DNA of 64,000 nt from positions 248,001 to 312,000 of the forward strand of contig JASANG010004128.1 of NCBI GenBank assembly GCA_030248215.1. Direction: 5' to 3'. The notes beneath the pieces are model-generated. The model did no database searches. It had not been told where the DNA came from and worked only from the letters and a program-made list of their open reading frames with translations. Positions within the stretch are counted from its first letter, which is position 1. Each line of letters begins with the position of its first letter. Position numbers and translations under genes: made by a program. This DNA comes from Enoplolaimus lenunculus (Eukaryota). Of this stretch, positions 26,151 to 39,600 are shown one piece after another.

Positions 26151-26271
26151 CACTGCAAGAAATTTTGAGTCAAATTAATTAACTCTGCCGCTGTCGAATT
26201 TGACTCAGTTTGTGGAGTCCCGTAAAGCCTATTTCGGATAGAGTCAATTTTACTCACCATTTTTTGCAGTG
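26151..26271. mobile_element. MITE family A copy (internally deleted)
   Basis: CACTG...CAGTG, TA flanks. Confidence 0.75.
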
Positions 26272-28140
26272 TATGCTTTTTCCGTTTTCTTTGATAAGCA
26301 TTTCAGAGACCACTTATTGTGTAAAAACGCAGAAATCGAACGGTATATACAAAACAAACTAGCTGAAACAAAGAGGGTATTCCCGTCTGTATGTCATTAG
26401 TTCAGTTCATTCCGCGTCTTTTAGGCTGTTGAGCATAAAGAGCTCAGACAGCTGAGTACAAAACAACGTATTAGTTTTTATACAGTAGTGCTTTGGCGTA
26501 TATGAGATGGCTACAGCAATATTTGGCGTTTATTATGCCAAGACGACAAGTGAACGTGAACGTACTTGTATTTGCAGACTGACGACTATAAATATATAAA
26601 TGTACAAAAGATGTAGGATGTCTCTATGGTGTTGATATATTGGCAAATATCAAATTGCGTATAGCAAATTACCAACTATCATCAATAGCGATAGTTTTTC
26701 AAACTCACTAACTATTGCGGTTGTTGGACACAAAATTGGTTGAGGAGTATAACAAATCATATGCCAAACGTGCTGCGTTTAGAGTGTCCGCATTTTACTG
26801 GTTCGAAAGTTACTAGACCTATCACCAATTTTGATAGATGGTGCACACATTTGAAAATAACTCTATGTATGAAGCAAAAATAGCATTTTTGCAGGTGTAT
26901 AACAGTAAACGAAATATTTCTGTGCCTATAAAATCGCAGAACTGACCATCGGTGTGGCCATAGTAGTTACTAAAACTGCGAATATGCTTCTACAGAAGGC
27001 GAAAACTGCAGTCGTACATTAGGCACAGTGTAAGTAAAGTATGCATAAGCGTTTAATGTAGTGACCCAAACAAGAGGGGTAATAATAGGTGGTCCTCATT
27101 TTAAGTTCCAATCAGTAGTAGTCCTTATTTCTAAATAAAAGAGTCCGTGAGCGGATAGAGTCCCTAAACCCTAATTAGAGTCCATAAATGTCAACTATTC
27201 CTAATTTTAGTGCAACATGACTCCAGTACCAAATAAAGTTGAGTTCAAAACTTTAAAGCACACTTAACGTTTGAAAACCGTAACTATATGCTTACATAAG
27301 ATTTAAAACCCGATCAATGCGCTTTAATGTCTGATACACGATACATCAGCCCGTAAAAAATACCTAAGATAGGTAGCATATTTCGGTAGGCACAATTTAG
27401 AAGAAGATGCTTTATTTTTCATTCAATACAATAGAGGTATGTCTTTTTCTTTCCCCCAAAAAGATACAAATTCTTGTACATGAAGCACTAAACGTTTGCA
27501 CTGGTGGAATTTTGTGTATGTATACACTTGTTTGGCGTTTGATGGACGATGGGGTAGTCGGTTGGTTCAAATTTTCTTTTATGTTTGCACAATTGCATTT
27601 TATTTCAATATTTTTGCAGTTTTGCGCAATTGTTTGGTTCTGCCAGCAGTGTGCAACTGATAAAATGTGGTAAATTTGAACACGGTACATATCTATGCTG
27701 CGTTGTGTTTGGTATATATCTTTGGCTGATTTAAATGAAGTGCAGGTACCAGCAATTTTTCCTCATAAGGCGGGTTCACAGCGTAATTTTTGCTGTATTG
27801 CAACATTCTATATATGTGATGTATACATAGTTTTAGTCGATTTATTTTTGTTCTGGTAACCAGCACAGAAATCGGGTATGTCAGCATAAATGCAAGTTTA
27901 TTGGCAATGTTTAACTACTATACAATTTTGATTTAGCTGTAATTTTCTTTGTGTTCTTGTGTCCGTTAAAATTGGTTTTATTCTTTTACTTAAAATATAT
28001 CGCGTGGATGTGTTTCTATTATGCACACAGGTTTCTTTTGATTCTTTAATCATGAAAGTTGAGCGTAAGCTACTAATGGGCCCAGATACCTACGAAAACT
28101 GGAGCAGACACCGTTCGCTAATCGTTTCTGTTAGCTAGTG

Positions 28141-28351
28141 CACTGCAGAAAATGGCGAGTCAAATTGACTCTCTACAAAATGGGCTCTACGGGACTACTT
28201 ACACAAACTGAGTCAAATTCGACTCCGCCAGAGTCAAACGCGCCATTCAGTGACTCGAATTTGACTCTGGCGTAGTCGAATTTGACTCAGTTTGCGTAGT
28301 TCCCTAAAGCATATTTCGGAGAAAGTCAATGTTTCACCATTTTTTGCAGTG
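28141..28351. mobile_element. MITE family A copy
   Basis: Full-length palindromic copy. Confidence 0.8.
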
Positions 28352-29108
28352 CAAGAGTGTTCGTTTAGGGTTGCAACTGTAGCAAAAATTTGTCGGAATC
28401 CGAGCCAGAATGAAATTTTCGTGCCGAATCCGAAATCTGATATATAGTCATTTGTTATAAATTCATTTGAATTCCAAAAAGCTGGTTTGATTTTGTTATA
28501 CCCAGTTTGTGCTCAGATTTTATTTTCAGCCAAAAGCTACTCAGTCTAGGTTCAGATCTAGTGACTCGAATATGAGATGGGACTGATACTTATTTAGCCT
28601 CACCCTCGGTAACTGGTTGCGAACTGTTATTTATTTTTAGCCCGTCCTCCGCCACCCTTTGTTATACTGATATATTCGGTATTGCAACTGTCCGTTGAAT
28701 TACTCGTTGATTTGTCTTTTATCAAAAGCTATAGCGATAATGCAAGATTATACGTTAGGAATGTACTTTCAAAACTTATGCAATCAGTCCCTCTCTTATT
28801 CGGGTCAGTGCAGTACGGACTCTTATTAGGGATACGGACTCCTATTGATTGGGACTCGAAACGGGGACCCCTCTTCTTACCCCCACCCTCTCTTATTCGG
28901 GTCACTACTAGAGTATACCAACCAACAAAATTATTCACATACGCAAAACTTTTCCTATTGCAATTCGTTTTCGGTCATTTACATCTCTTCGAATGAAAAG
29001 AGATACAATAAGTTTCAGACTAAAAATAACGTTGGTGTAAGATGATGCGTAATACAAAATTGCTCACCTTGGTTATATGAGCATGTTGAATTTGAAGTCA
29101 GGGGCGTA

Positions 29109-29778
29109 CTGTTGTGACCCGAATAAGAGGGTGGACTGATATTTATTTGGCCTCTACACACTGTAAAAAATGGTGAGTTAAATTGCCTCTCTCCGAAATA
29201 GACTTTTCCGGACTACAGAAACTGAGTAAAACTCGACTCCGCCAAGAGTCAAATTCGACTCACTCGAGTATGTCAGTGAGTCGAATTTGACTCTGGTGGA
29301 GTTGAACTTGACTCAGTTTGTGTAGTGCCGAAATGCCTATTTCGTAGGGAGTCCATTTGACTCACCATTTTTTTGCTGTGCAGAGGGAATCCCCTGTTAT
29401 TCGGTTACGGGTTGTTACTTATTTTTAACCCGCCCTTGGGTACTGATATATATCCGGTATTGCAACTGTCCGTTGAAATAAACGTATATTTGTCTTGTAT
29501 CAAAGACCTTGAGCCATAATGCAAGGTTATACTTACGAATAAGTACTTTCAAAACTAAGTATGCTTAAAAGTTTCGAACTCAACTTTATTTGGTGATGGA
29601 ATGATTTATGCACTACGATTTGGGATAATTGACATTTATGGACTCTAACTAGGGTTTAGGGACTCTATCCACTTACGGACTCTTATTAGAGATACGGACT
29701 CCTATTGCCTGGGACTCAAAATGAAACCCATCTTATTACACCCCCCATTATTGCCCCCTCTTATTCAGGTCACTACAG
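29109..29778. mobile_element. TA-flanked TIR element, family B (TGTAGTGACCCGAATAAGAGGG); relatives at about 28558-28908 and 27057-27270
   Basis: Inverted termini with TA flanks; internal similarity among three local copies. Confidence 0.7.
29159..29380. mobile_element. MITE family A copy nested in a family B element
   Basis: Full-length copy, CA/CA 2-bp flanks. Confidence 0.8.
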
Positions 29779-30552
29779 TAACCAGGATTTTCGGGTGGAA
29801 ATCAATGCGAGAAGTCAGGAAGCAGAAAAAGCAGATTTCTGAAAGGATACGCGAGTCTAGGCAGCGAAAGCCTACTTAACTCAATTGAAAATTTGATGTG
29901 TTATAATAAAAATGGTTAAGTTTCGTACGATATGCGAAGGAATCATCCAATCGCTAGATGCCACAGAACTTTACAGAGCTTGCCGAAATAAAAATAATAT
30001 TTAACCTAAACCTGAGGTCAAAGCAAAGCCCATTAGAAAACCCAGTTAAATTGGATTATTAGCTCTCTGAGGTAAGCTTACTAAAAGAAGCCGATCTGTA
30101 GCTCATACTTCTAAGGTTTGTACAAAAAATAAGGATTTTCCCGCTAGCATAATATATGCCTGAATTTCCCGTGATTTCATAAAATAGGAGCGTTGTATCG
30201 AAAACTTGTAAAGCCATTTGGTTATATCCTGCTGCTAAAACTGTCATTGGGCCGTAAAACATAGTACTTACAGAAACACGCCGGCCTAAATGTACACCAA
30301 GCGTGATCAAAGAAATCAAACTTGATAGCAAAATCATGAAATGTTTACTATTTGTTCATTTCTTAGCTTATATACACTTACTTGTCTGGCGACAGAGACA
30401 GTTTAACGCAATTTTCAAATAAAATTAAAACGCTTACAGTGACACATTTTAGCTCGCACTTCAACTTTTAGTTCAGATTGGTGATTACAATATTCTTGTC
30501 TACTGGTAACTAAATAAAATTTTAACTTCGCCACAATACATCACAGTTAGCC

Positions 30553-30666
30553 ATGGACGGAATTAAAAAGAAAGTTATCGCAATGAGAGCTGACTGCGAG
30601 GCGCACAAACTGCGTGCAGATCAGATGGAAGCCCAATGCGCCGAAATGGAATCGAAAGCAAATAGC
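30553..30666 (+). CDS. lev-11: Tropomyosin exon 1a ([38 protein letters not shown])
   Basis: 38 codons, GTAAGT donor, MDxIKKK start. Confidence 0.9.
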
Positions 30667-33600
30667 GTAAGTCTATTTTTACGACATATATTTCAGAATA
30701 CAAAATTTTCACAAATCTCATTCATACGATAGATTGGCGTGAACTTTAGCACATTGGCGAATCATGAAGGTTCTGGCAATTACGTCGACGCGATATATAA
30801 CAGAGGACAAAGTTGGCGAGCAAAGCGAGCTAGAACCTAAATGCAAATTTAGCATCAGAAAATCACAAAATTTTGGTTTTGATCTCTTTTGGCTTGGCAT
30901 GAAATGGATTTCTTTTGGATCGGTCGGTGCTTCTACATGTTAGAATACTTCGAAATATCGCTATAGCATAATAGTTCATGCAAACGACGCGGATGTGAAC
31001 ATCTGTTTACTTCGTCTCACGAAATATTATGCAGTTGATATAGCAGACAAAAGTTGCGTCCCTACCCACATTATATACTATGTATTTAAGTATATTCCAC
31101 AGCCCAAAACTTTGTCGGTTAATGCATAAAGCGCAAGACTAAATTGTAATAGTAATATATACTTACAAATTGTAGACAAAGCTGTGTTGCAGAAGAAAAC
31201 CTTTTATCAGAGCCGAGGTTGTCTTCAAGAGCTTCCATGCAACTCATCTGCTCGACGAAAAAATAATTTCGTTGTTTTTTGAATTTATTATTTCTATTGT
31301 ACGCATGTGTATTTTATTATATATACAAGAGATCAAAATATATTTCAGCTTGAAGAAGAACTGAAAAATACACAGAAAAGTATGATGAATGTTGAAAACG
31401 ATTTGGATAAAGTTCAAGAAGAACTTAGTGCAGCTCTAACGAAGCTTGAAGAAAAAGAAAGCTCGGTTGCCGAGGTATGTTTAGATTGCCTAATTGTAAA
31501 CGGTATGGTTAATGAGACGTTTTCTTTTATCATCGAAATCCCACCGCTTGCATTTTAGTCCATATTTTTGAATTATTTTTCGAAACCAAACGGATTCTTC
31601 ATCCCCCGTAGAGAACTTGGGTACGGGCGCCATTCAACAAAAACTACACTCTATGGGACTACACAAACTGAGTCAAATTCGAGTCCGCTAGAGTCAAATT
31701 CACCTCAGTAAGTCGCACGTTTGACTCTGGTGGAGTAGAATCTGACTCAGTTTGTGTAGTCCCGTAGAGCCTATTTCGGAGAGAGTCAATTTGACTCACC
31801 ATTTTTTGCAGCGCAGACAGAATGGGAGAAGTGGTTTTTCCGGCCCTGCTAGCGAGTTGGTTATTTCTGAATTAAATATCAGTAAATATAGTCTGAGAGT
31901 TGAGTTGATTCTCATTCCAAGTTGACTTGATTTTGAGTGAGTTGATTAACTCAGAATAAAATTAAATCAGAATACTGAGTTCAGATAGTCCTAACTCAGA
32001 CTGAGCGATTCAGCTCATTCTGAGTTAAATTTAAATCAACTCACTGAAATTTACAATGTCAGAACTTGAGCTTGAGTGCTACTTCAACAAGGCCGTTAAG
32101 TACTCGAGTAAAATCCTCATTAATATTAAAGTGATCTTTTATTATTTGCTATTTAAAATTTCTATAATTAATAGTATTGAGTGTTTTTAACAATATATAG
32201 TTCAATATGTGATATCTGAGATGTGAGTGAATAGGTGCCTGAATTCACCGCTTTTGGTTTACTACGACGGCCTGGTTTGCTGCATTTGCGATAAGTCATG
32301 TCATAATATGAGCTTAACAGTATACATAATTGTAATGCTATGCAACTCAGCTTGTGAAATATTGTCTCAAATATGTTTCCTAAAAGTGGAAGTAAATGCA
32401 ACCCATGCGTTTTGTTTGCGGTATTGAGCGATTGTAGGAATTCTATCGGTGGTCGATCAAAAATAATACATATACACTATACATAATTGTAATGCGATGC
32501 AACTCAGCTTGTGAAATATTGTCTCAAATATGTTTCCTAAAAGTGGAAGTAAATGCAATCCATGCGTTTTGTTTGCGGTATTGAGCGATTGTAGGAATTC
32601 TATCGGTGGTCGATCAAATATAATATATATATGTATGTATATATATATATTAACCACAATGGTAAAAAAATTCGCAGGTACGCTTTTTTTGTTAAAAACG
32701 ACATGGTCGTCTTTGCTATACAATTTCGCTTTGGAATTCAATGCAAATAATGCAGTAATGCGTCGTCCACAATAACGTGCGTACGCTGTGTGGATTTTTG
32801 AACCGTCAATTGACGGTTGACGACTACTAGTTTCAAAAATGAGTTTGCGTTGACGGCTACTATCAAAATTTTATTTTCCGTTGACGGCTACTGTTGAAAA
32901 TTTTGCAAATCTTAAATTTGTTTTAAGATTTGCACCAAAATTTAGAGGGCAACCGTCAATGGGGTTTCTGATTTTGCTACCTGTTGACAATTGCTATACA
33001 AATCTTACAAACCCATTGACGGTTGCTATATACCTCACAAGTACCCGTTGACGGCTGCTATTCAAGTTTTAGCTTTCGCATTGACGGTTGCCGTCAGAAG
33101 ATGAATCCCCGGTTGACGGTTGCCGTCTAAAGTTTTATTTTCAATTGACGGTTGCCGTCTAATCTAATTTTCAATTGACGGTTGCCGTCTAAAGTTTTAT
33201 TTTCAATTGACGGCTGCCGTCAAAAATTTAGTTTTCAATTGACGGCTGCCGTCTAAAATTTTATTTTCAATTGACGGCTGCCGTCTAAAATTTAGTTTTC
33301 AATTGACGGCTGCCGTCTAAACTATATTTTCAATTGACGGAATAGTCGTAGGTATATATATGTATATATATATATATATAGGGCCAACGAGCCCGCAGCC
33401 AGAAGGCGGTACCGGAACCGGAATTCCGGTAACTGCAGCTATGTATTTAAACAAGCCACTAACATATGAAATAGCTTTAACGTTAAGTATATTTTTATAC
33501 TGCAATAGCAGTTTTTGGCCAAATATATTAAGCATTGTTCGCTTCAAAAATACACATCTGAACATTCGGCTTTTTATTATATTCGAGAAATTTTTCGTAC

Positions 33601-36600
33601 GTTGGGGGCCTGTAGCCAAGGGGGACGGGGGAAGGGGCTCAGCCACCCTAAAAAAATTTTTACCTTTTCTAGAAAATTTTCAACCTTGTACTAGGTCAAT
33701 GTGAACTTTGTATGCCACTCTAAACAATTTTAGTTCCGCTTAGACGAGTGAGCTGAATGTGACCAGAAAGGATACTGATTTTTAAAAGAGATATGCGGCA
33801 AGGGCGAGCCGTAGCCGAGGGGGCTCAGCCCCCTTTACAAAATTTTGCCACCCCCAGAAAAGTTTCAACTTTGCTATTTTTAAATGTAAAAAACTTTCTA
33901 TGCCCCTCCCAAAAACTTTAGCCCCCATCTAGCAAGGTGAGCTGGTACTGGTTTAACGGGCCTGCACAAAGCCTGTCTGCCATTGCAATTCAAGATATGT
34001 CTGGCCGAGTCTATTTGGGAGACGACGAGCCGCACTTTTGATGAGGGGGCACTGCCCCTAATGCCTCCCGTGAGGACGCCGTTGGTATTGGCAGTCGTAG
34101 GGAGCCCCAACAATCGGTTTCCCAAATGTAAAATATTGTGCGCACGCCCCTGATATACCGAGCGGGTATTTCACTCGGTTTATAAAAGATTAGGTTCAGC
34201 TGGAGCGTCCGCCAAAAATAAAATTTTACATTTGGGGGCACCAAAATGGGGACCCCGTATGAACTAGAAAATCCGCTCGAACAGTTAACATTTTTTGCGA
34301 TATATTTTTATTTTTAAAATGAAACGCTAAACAAAAAATCAAACAACGATGCTTAACATTTCAAAAACCTCTCCGGTATTGCATAAAGACAAAGTAGTGG
34401 ACCATGGCCTATGTTTTAAACTTTGAGGGACATAAACGCTACTAGTGAAACGTTTTGAATTTCTGCATTTATTGCAATAAAAGATTCACAATGCTTATAG
34501 AATAGCATGAAGGTGTTCAACCCAAATTTGTCTCAGTTTTACGAACTTGTACTTTTCTAAAGGAAGGTATACTAAACTTCCACCAAAAGTTTATTTTATT
34601 TTAGACAGTTCTTGTTGAAAACTGATATTTTTCTCGGGCGGACCAATTTTCCTGAAGCGGCCGCAGTTGAAATTATTAATGCCATTCGTTTTATAAGCCG
34701 TGTTTTGGGATTGTGCAGTTCTTGGGACCAAAAGATTCAAAAAATATCGCAATTTTTTTCGATTTTTTTAATTTTCGAAACGAAAAACTTTAAAAAAAAT
34801 TCAAACAATCAAACGATACATATCAGGGTGTTCGCGTCCTGGAAAATCCGATGCGTCGTCCACTTTAATTTGCGTACACCGTGTGGATTTTTGAAACGGC
34901 AATTGACGGTTGCCCTCAAAAAATAAATTCCTAGTAGATAGTCTTTGTAAATTGAAAATATTTTCATCAAATATTTAAGTTCAATTGACAGTTGCGGTCC
35001 ATTTAAAAACAGCAACCGTCAACGTATCCAAAATTAAAACGGTAGGCGTAAACAGCTACTTTCCGGTGTACCAGCAACCGTCACTGGATATCCTATTTTC
35101 TAGGCGGCAACCGTCAACGGCAGTCCGGTTAACATACAGCAACTGCCGATCAGGCTGCAACTTCCTTTACCGCAAGCGTAAGCTAGGAATACAGTTTTTT
35201 GAAGGTAACCGTCAATTGAAAATTTATATTAGACGGCAACCGTCAATTGAAATTTTTGAGGTAGATGGCAACCGTCAATTGAAAATTTGCGTTTAGACGG
35301 CAACCGTAAATTGAAAATTTAGAGTTAGGCGGCAGCCGTCAATTAGCAATCCGGCGCACTATGTCAAGGGTTCATCCCGGAGAACCAGATATCCGCTTCC
35401 GTATTCGTTTCCGGTAGGCTCAACCCTCCCCGGCCTTCTCTGGCTACGGGCCCATTGGTCCTGTATATGAAAACAGCCTAAACATATATTATATAAAACA
35501 TAAATAGCGTTTAGAAAAAGTTTTTTATATTTGTATTATTTTATTTTTAGATATGCATAAGTTTTTTACACGTATATTTTTATACAGTGCTTTTTTACCG
35601 CGTATGTGTACTTGTGCTGGGTAATTCACAGGGACGGTGGCCAAGAAGGGGCAAGGGGGTTCAATCGCTCTACAAAATTTTGGCCTACCTAGAACTTGTT
35701 TTTATTCAATGATAAAAGTATCTGTTTTTCAGCCCTACAACCGTCAGCTGCTAAAAATCTCAACATCCTTTTTAAATATCGGGCATAAAAAACTCTTTGC
35801 TAGCATATGTGTATTTTTGTGCACTGGGGAATTCACAGGGCCGGTAAACCAAGGGAGGCAAGGCGGTACAACGCCCTGCAAAATTTTGGCCCACCTAGAA
35901 CTAGTTTTCATTCAATATTTATTTTTAGTCCTACGATCGCCGGCGGCTATTCATAAAAATCTCAAACCCTTTTTTGTCAGGCATAAACCCCTTGCTAGCG
36001 TATGTGTATTTAAACCTACAGTGCACTAGGGAATTCACAGGGCCGGTAGGCAAGGCAAGCAAAGGGGTTCGACGCTCTGCAAAATTTTGGCCCACCTAGA
36101 ACTAGGTTGCATTCAATATTATATTTTTCAGCCCTACGTCCGCCGGCTATGTATAAAAATCTTGTACCTTGCGTATCCCAAGTCTGTATCCTGCTCAGCT
36201 TGCTTGGCCGGTTGGAAAAGTTTTAGGAGGGACATACAAGGATTTGAGATTATTTGTAAGCATGCTGACAATTATCCCTTCCCGTTTGTTACTTTTTTGT
36301 GTTCCGAACAAATGTATAGAATTGGGACATAATGGTGCAGAATAAGCTTATTCCTAACCTAAGCCTAAGCCTAGACAACTATTTAAGCATAATTAGTCTT
36401 TCTTATTAAACGTTTAAACTTTGATACTCTATTGCAGTCCTGAGGAAAAATAGTCCGCCCTAATCTTTACATGGGACGTTTTCTGTATGAATGAACGGTT
36501 ACCTTTTATCTGTTATTTTCATTGTGTCTATGTTGTATGTAAAAGTCAAATTGTTTTATTTCTTTTGTTCGCTGTTTTATTCGCATAAAAACGAAAACAC

Positions 36601-39600
36601 GCATACAAATGCAAAAGCAAATTCGTCACTACATGGGTCATTTACAGTCCGATTCTGCAATACCCTGCTCGCAAAACTTTTCTACAGCGTCGAAAGAACA
36701 TAACCTTTAACTCAGCCCCTATAAAGGGGTTCTCGATCATTCCAACAATTTCTGGTTTTACTACGCAGTTTATAGTAAGGTTCATATTCGAGCTGTATAC
36801 CTTCTTTCATGAACCGTGTACTCACCGACCATGCAGTTAAAGTGTTCAAGTAGTTCAACCACGCACGTGTCTGTATTCAAGCGTTCAGCTCTAACTATAA
36901 AAGCAAACTTAAATCAAAAGATACACAGTAGTAGCATACAGCTAATAATAGACAGTAAATTAAAATACAATGCCAATGCTGGACACGCAATTATTTTCTT
37001 GTCAGAACCGCAGATACAGGTTTTACTTACGGTTCTATTCGGCCATATACTACCCGCAAAACTTTTCTAAAGTGTCAAAACATCTTTGTGTTTACCTCAC
37101 CCTATAAAACGGTTCTTGATCATTTTAACAATTTCTGGATTTACTAGGCTAGTCGTAGTATTAGGTTCATATTTGAGGCCGCACACGTGTCTTTATTCAT
37201 ACCACTGTACCCAAACTAAAACGTTCAGTATGAACGTATATCAATGATAATATTCTAGAAAGAATAAAACTTGTATTCCACCTCAGTATCGGAAACTGCA
37301 CCGGTATCGGTATCGTATAATTTTTTCGGTCTGGCAATATTTTATTGATTGAGTTCAGATTCAAATGGTAATCATGCGTTAACGGTCCAGGACACAATTC
37401 TAGTTCCACATCTTGTGACTCACTATCAGAAATTGCGACGGTATTGTTGATTTTTCGATCTCGCAAAATGTCACTGATACAGTTTGGATTTAAATAATAG
37501 CCATCCGTTTACGTTCTCGGATATAATTCGGACTCGAAATCTCTCGAGTCATGATCCGAAAATTCCACTGTCTGTTTTCGATTCAATTAATCAACCTCTA
37601 ACTCACACTCGGATTCAGATTCGAAATCTAGGTCAGTATCGGTAATTGTCCTTTTAATCGTATGAGAAATGTTTTTCTCGCAGAAACGTTTTTCTTCATA
37701 TTTTGGCACTTGCGCCAAAGCGTCGGAGAACTACAATGGTTAGTGCCTGCGGTAAGTTTGCTACGATTTGCATATGTATTGCAGGATTTGCTGGCATATG
37801 CGGCGGATTTTCTTGCATGTTGCGGACGCGTGTTTCGCTTACATCAAACGTATGTTCGATCATGATTTCTTTAGGAATTGGTTATATTCAATCTCCTTTT
37901 GTTTGAGGAACCACTTTCGCATGTAATTTCATGAGAGTAACTGGTGTGCTGATCAGAAGCGTAATTTTTCAGTTAAATTAAGGATTAGTAGCATTTTACT
38001 TTAATAATATTCAACAAGTTCCAATGAAACAATATAAAATTGCAACATTTTTAAAAATCTTTTGGCGTCGAGAAACACACAATGTTAAAACAACGGCCAA
38101 TGTAATGAACAGTTGCGGATAAGCATATTTATAAGCCTCTGTCTAACACAATTTTTGACAAATGAATACCTTTATGCACTCTGGAAAAATCGAATCTTTT
38201 ACAGCACCACATTTACTTGATTATTCAACAAGTACCTATGAAATAATATAAAATTGCGACATGTTTTGAAAAAAGTTAAGCTTTCAGTGGATGCTCGTTA
38301 TATTCGTTTGATTAGTGGCAAGTTAATATACTGGTAACAATTCCTCAACCGATGGCCATTATATATTCAAATACACACCAGCAGCCATGACGTGATTGGA
38401 GGTCCCAACAATCTTTCGATGCTTCTATTTAAGCACAATAATATATTTCTTAACTATCGGTCGGTTATATCACTTGATTAATTATTTTTGCGATTCTAGC
38501 TATAACTAACATTGTGTCATTTTTACTTGACGACTCATCGTAACAATAAGTATGTTTCGTGTGGAAGCTGAATCGCAAAAAATGCTCAAGTGCACAAAAC
38601 CGAATGCGTGTACCTTGTAATACGTATTCTTAACCATAATAGTATGCACACTCATTCAGCAAGTACCAAGCATTTAATGTTTGTTGCAACCTGAAAATGA
38701 TTGCAAAAATAAAGCAATGCACAATTCCACTATGTACAGTAGAAGCTAGAAACAATAGTAATTTCGGGACAGCGATACAGTCCACAAAGTCGATAATTTT
38801 TGGATATCTGGATTTGTACCTAAACTATATAATACTCAATTTTGCATTTATATAAGCAAATAGTTATTTAATTATTCAACATATTTAATATGCTAAAAGA
38901 CAAGGTGGACTGCATTGTTAAATACATTTAAATAAAGTTTTTAAAGTTAATTCAATAAGTTTTGCATAAGCTAATTTTTGAAAACGGAGTTGGTTTGGGA
39001 GAAGAGAGCGTGGATCCCAACATATGACTCTGTGTGTTGGCCACGATGCTTCATTCTAGGGAGCGTATTTATACTAGAGACAACCAACCCGTTGTGTTCA
39101 TCCTTAAAACGCTGGCGGATCGAAGGACGGACAAGTTCGTAGCTAGCTTACCTTTACTAGGGCGCTAAACACTCTTCAGGAGAATTATACAAGAATTGTT
39201 TTTGATCTACAAGCAATGTTGAGTATTTTCAAAACTGGGCTCAAAGTTCTTCCCCCGGGAGGGGGGCTGAGCCAACCTTCCGCCGCCCCACCTCTGGCCA
39301 CGACCGGCTTATGGATCTTTGCGCAATACGCAAAAACAAAAACTAGTAGTGGAAATACAACAAATGTAAACGATGTTGTCAATACCTGTGTGCAGCTTTT
39401 AAATATATAACGCCTGTCTATGTGTACGTATATTTATATAATATATAATAGTTTATTTTCTGCCCTAAATGCAATGTACAGTTGCCGCCGTTATATATAC
39501 GGATGCTTCATTGTATGGAGCGTATTTATACTAGAGAAAACCAACCCGTTGTGTTAATCCTTAAAACGCTGGCGGATCGAAGGACGGACAAGCCCGTAGC

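Noticed and set aside
32805..33345. CRISPR-like look (palindromic repeat with variable spacers), also in the three sister arrays
   Set aside because: Eukaryotic intron with no cas genes; spacers are too short and many are near-identical; better explained as transposon subterminal repeats
39060..39175. Spliced-leader RNA gene on the minus strand (GTTTAGCGCCCTAGTAAAG/GTAAGC)
   Set aside because: Only a loose resemblance to SL sequences, no recognisable Sm site downstream, and the leader start differs between the copies
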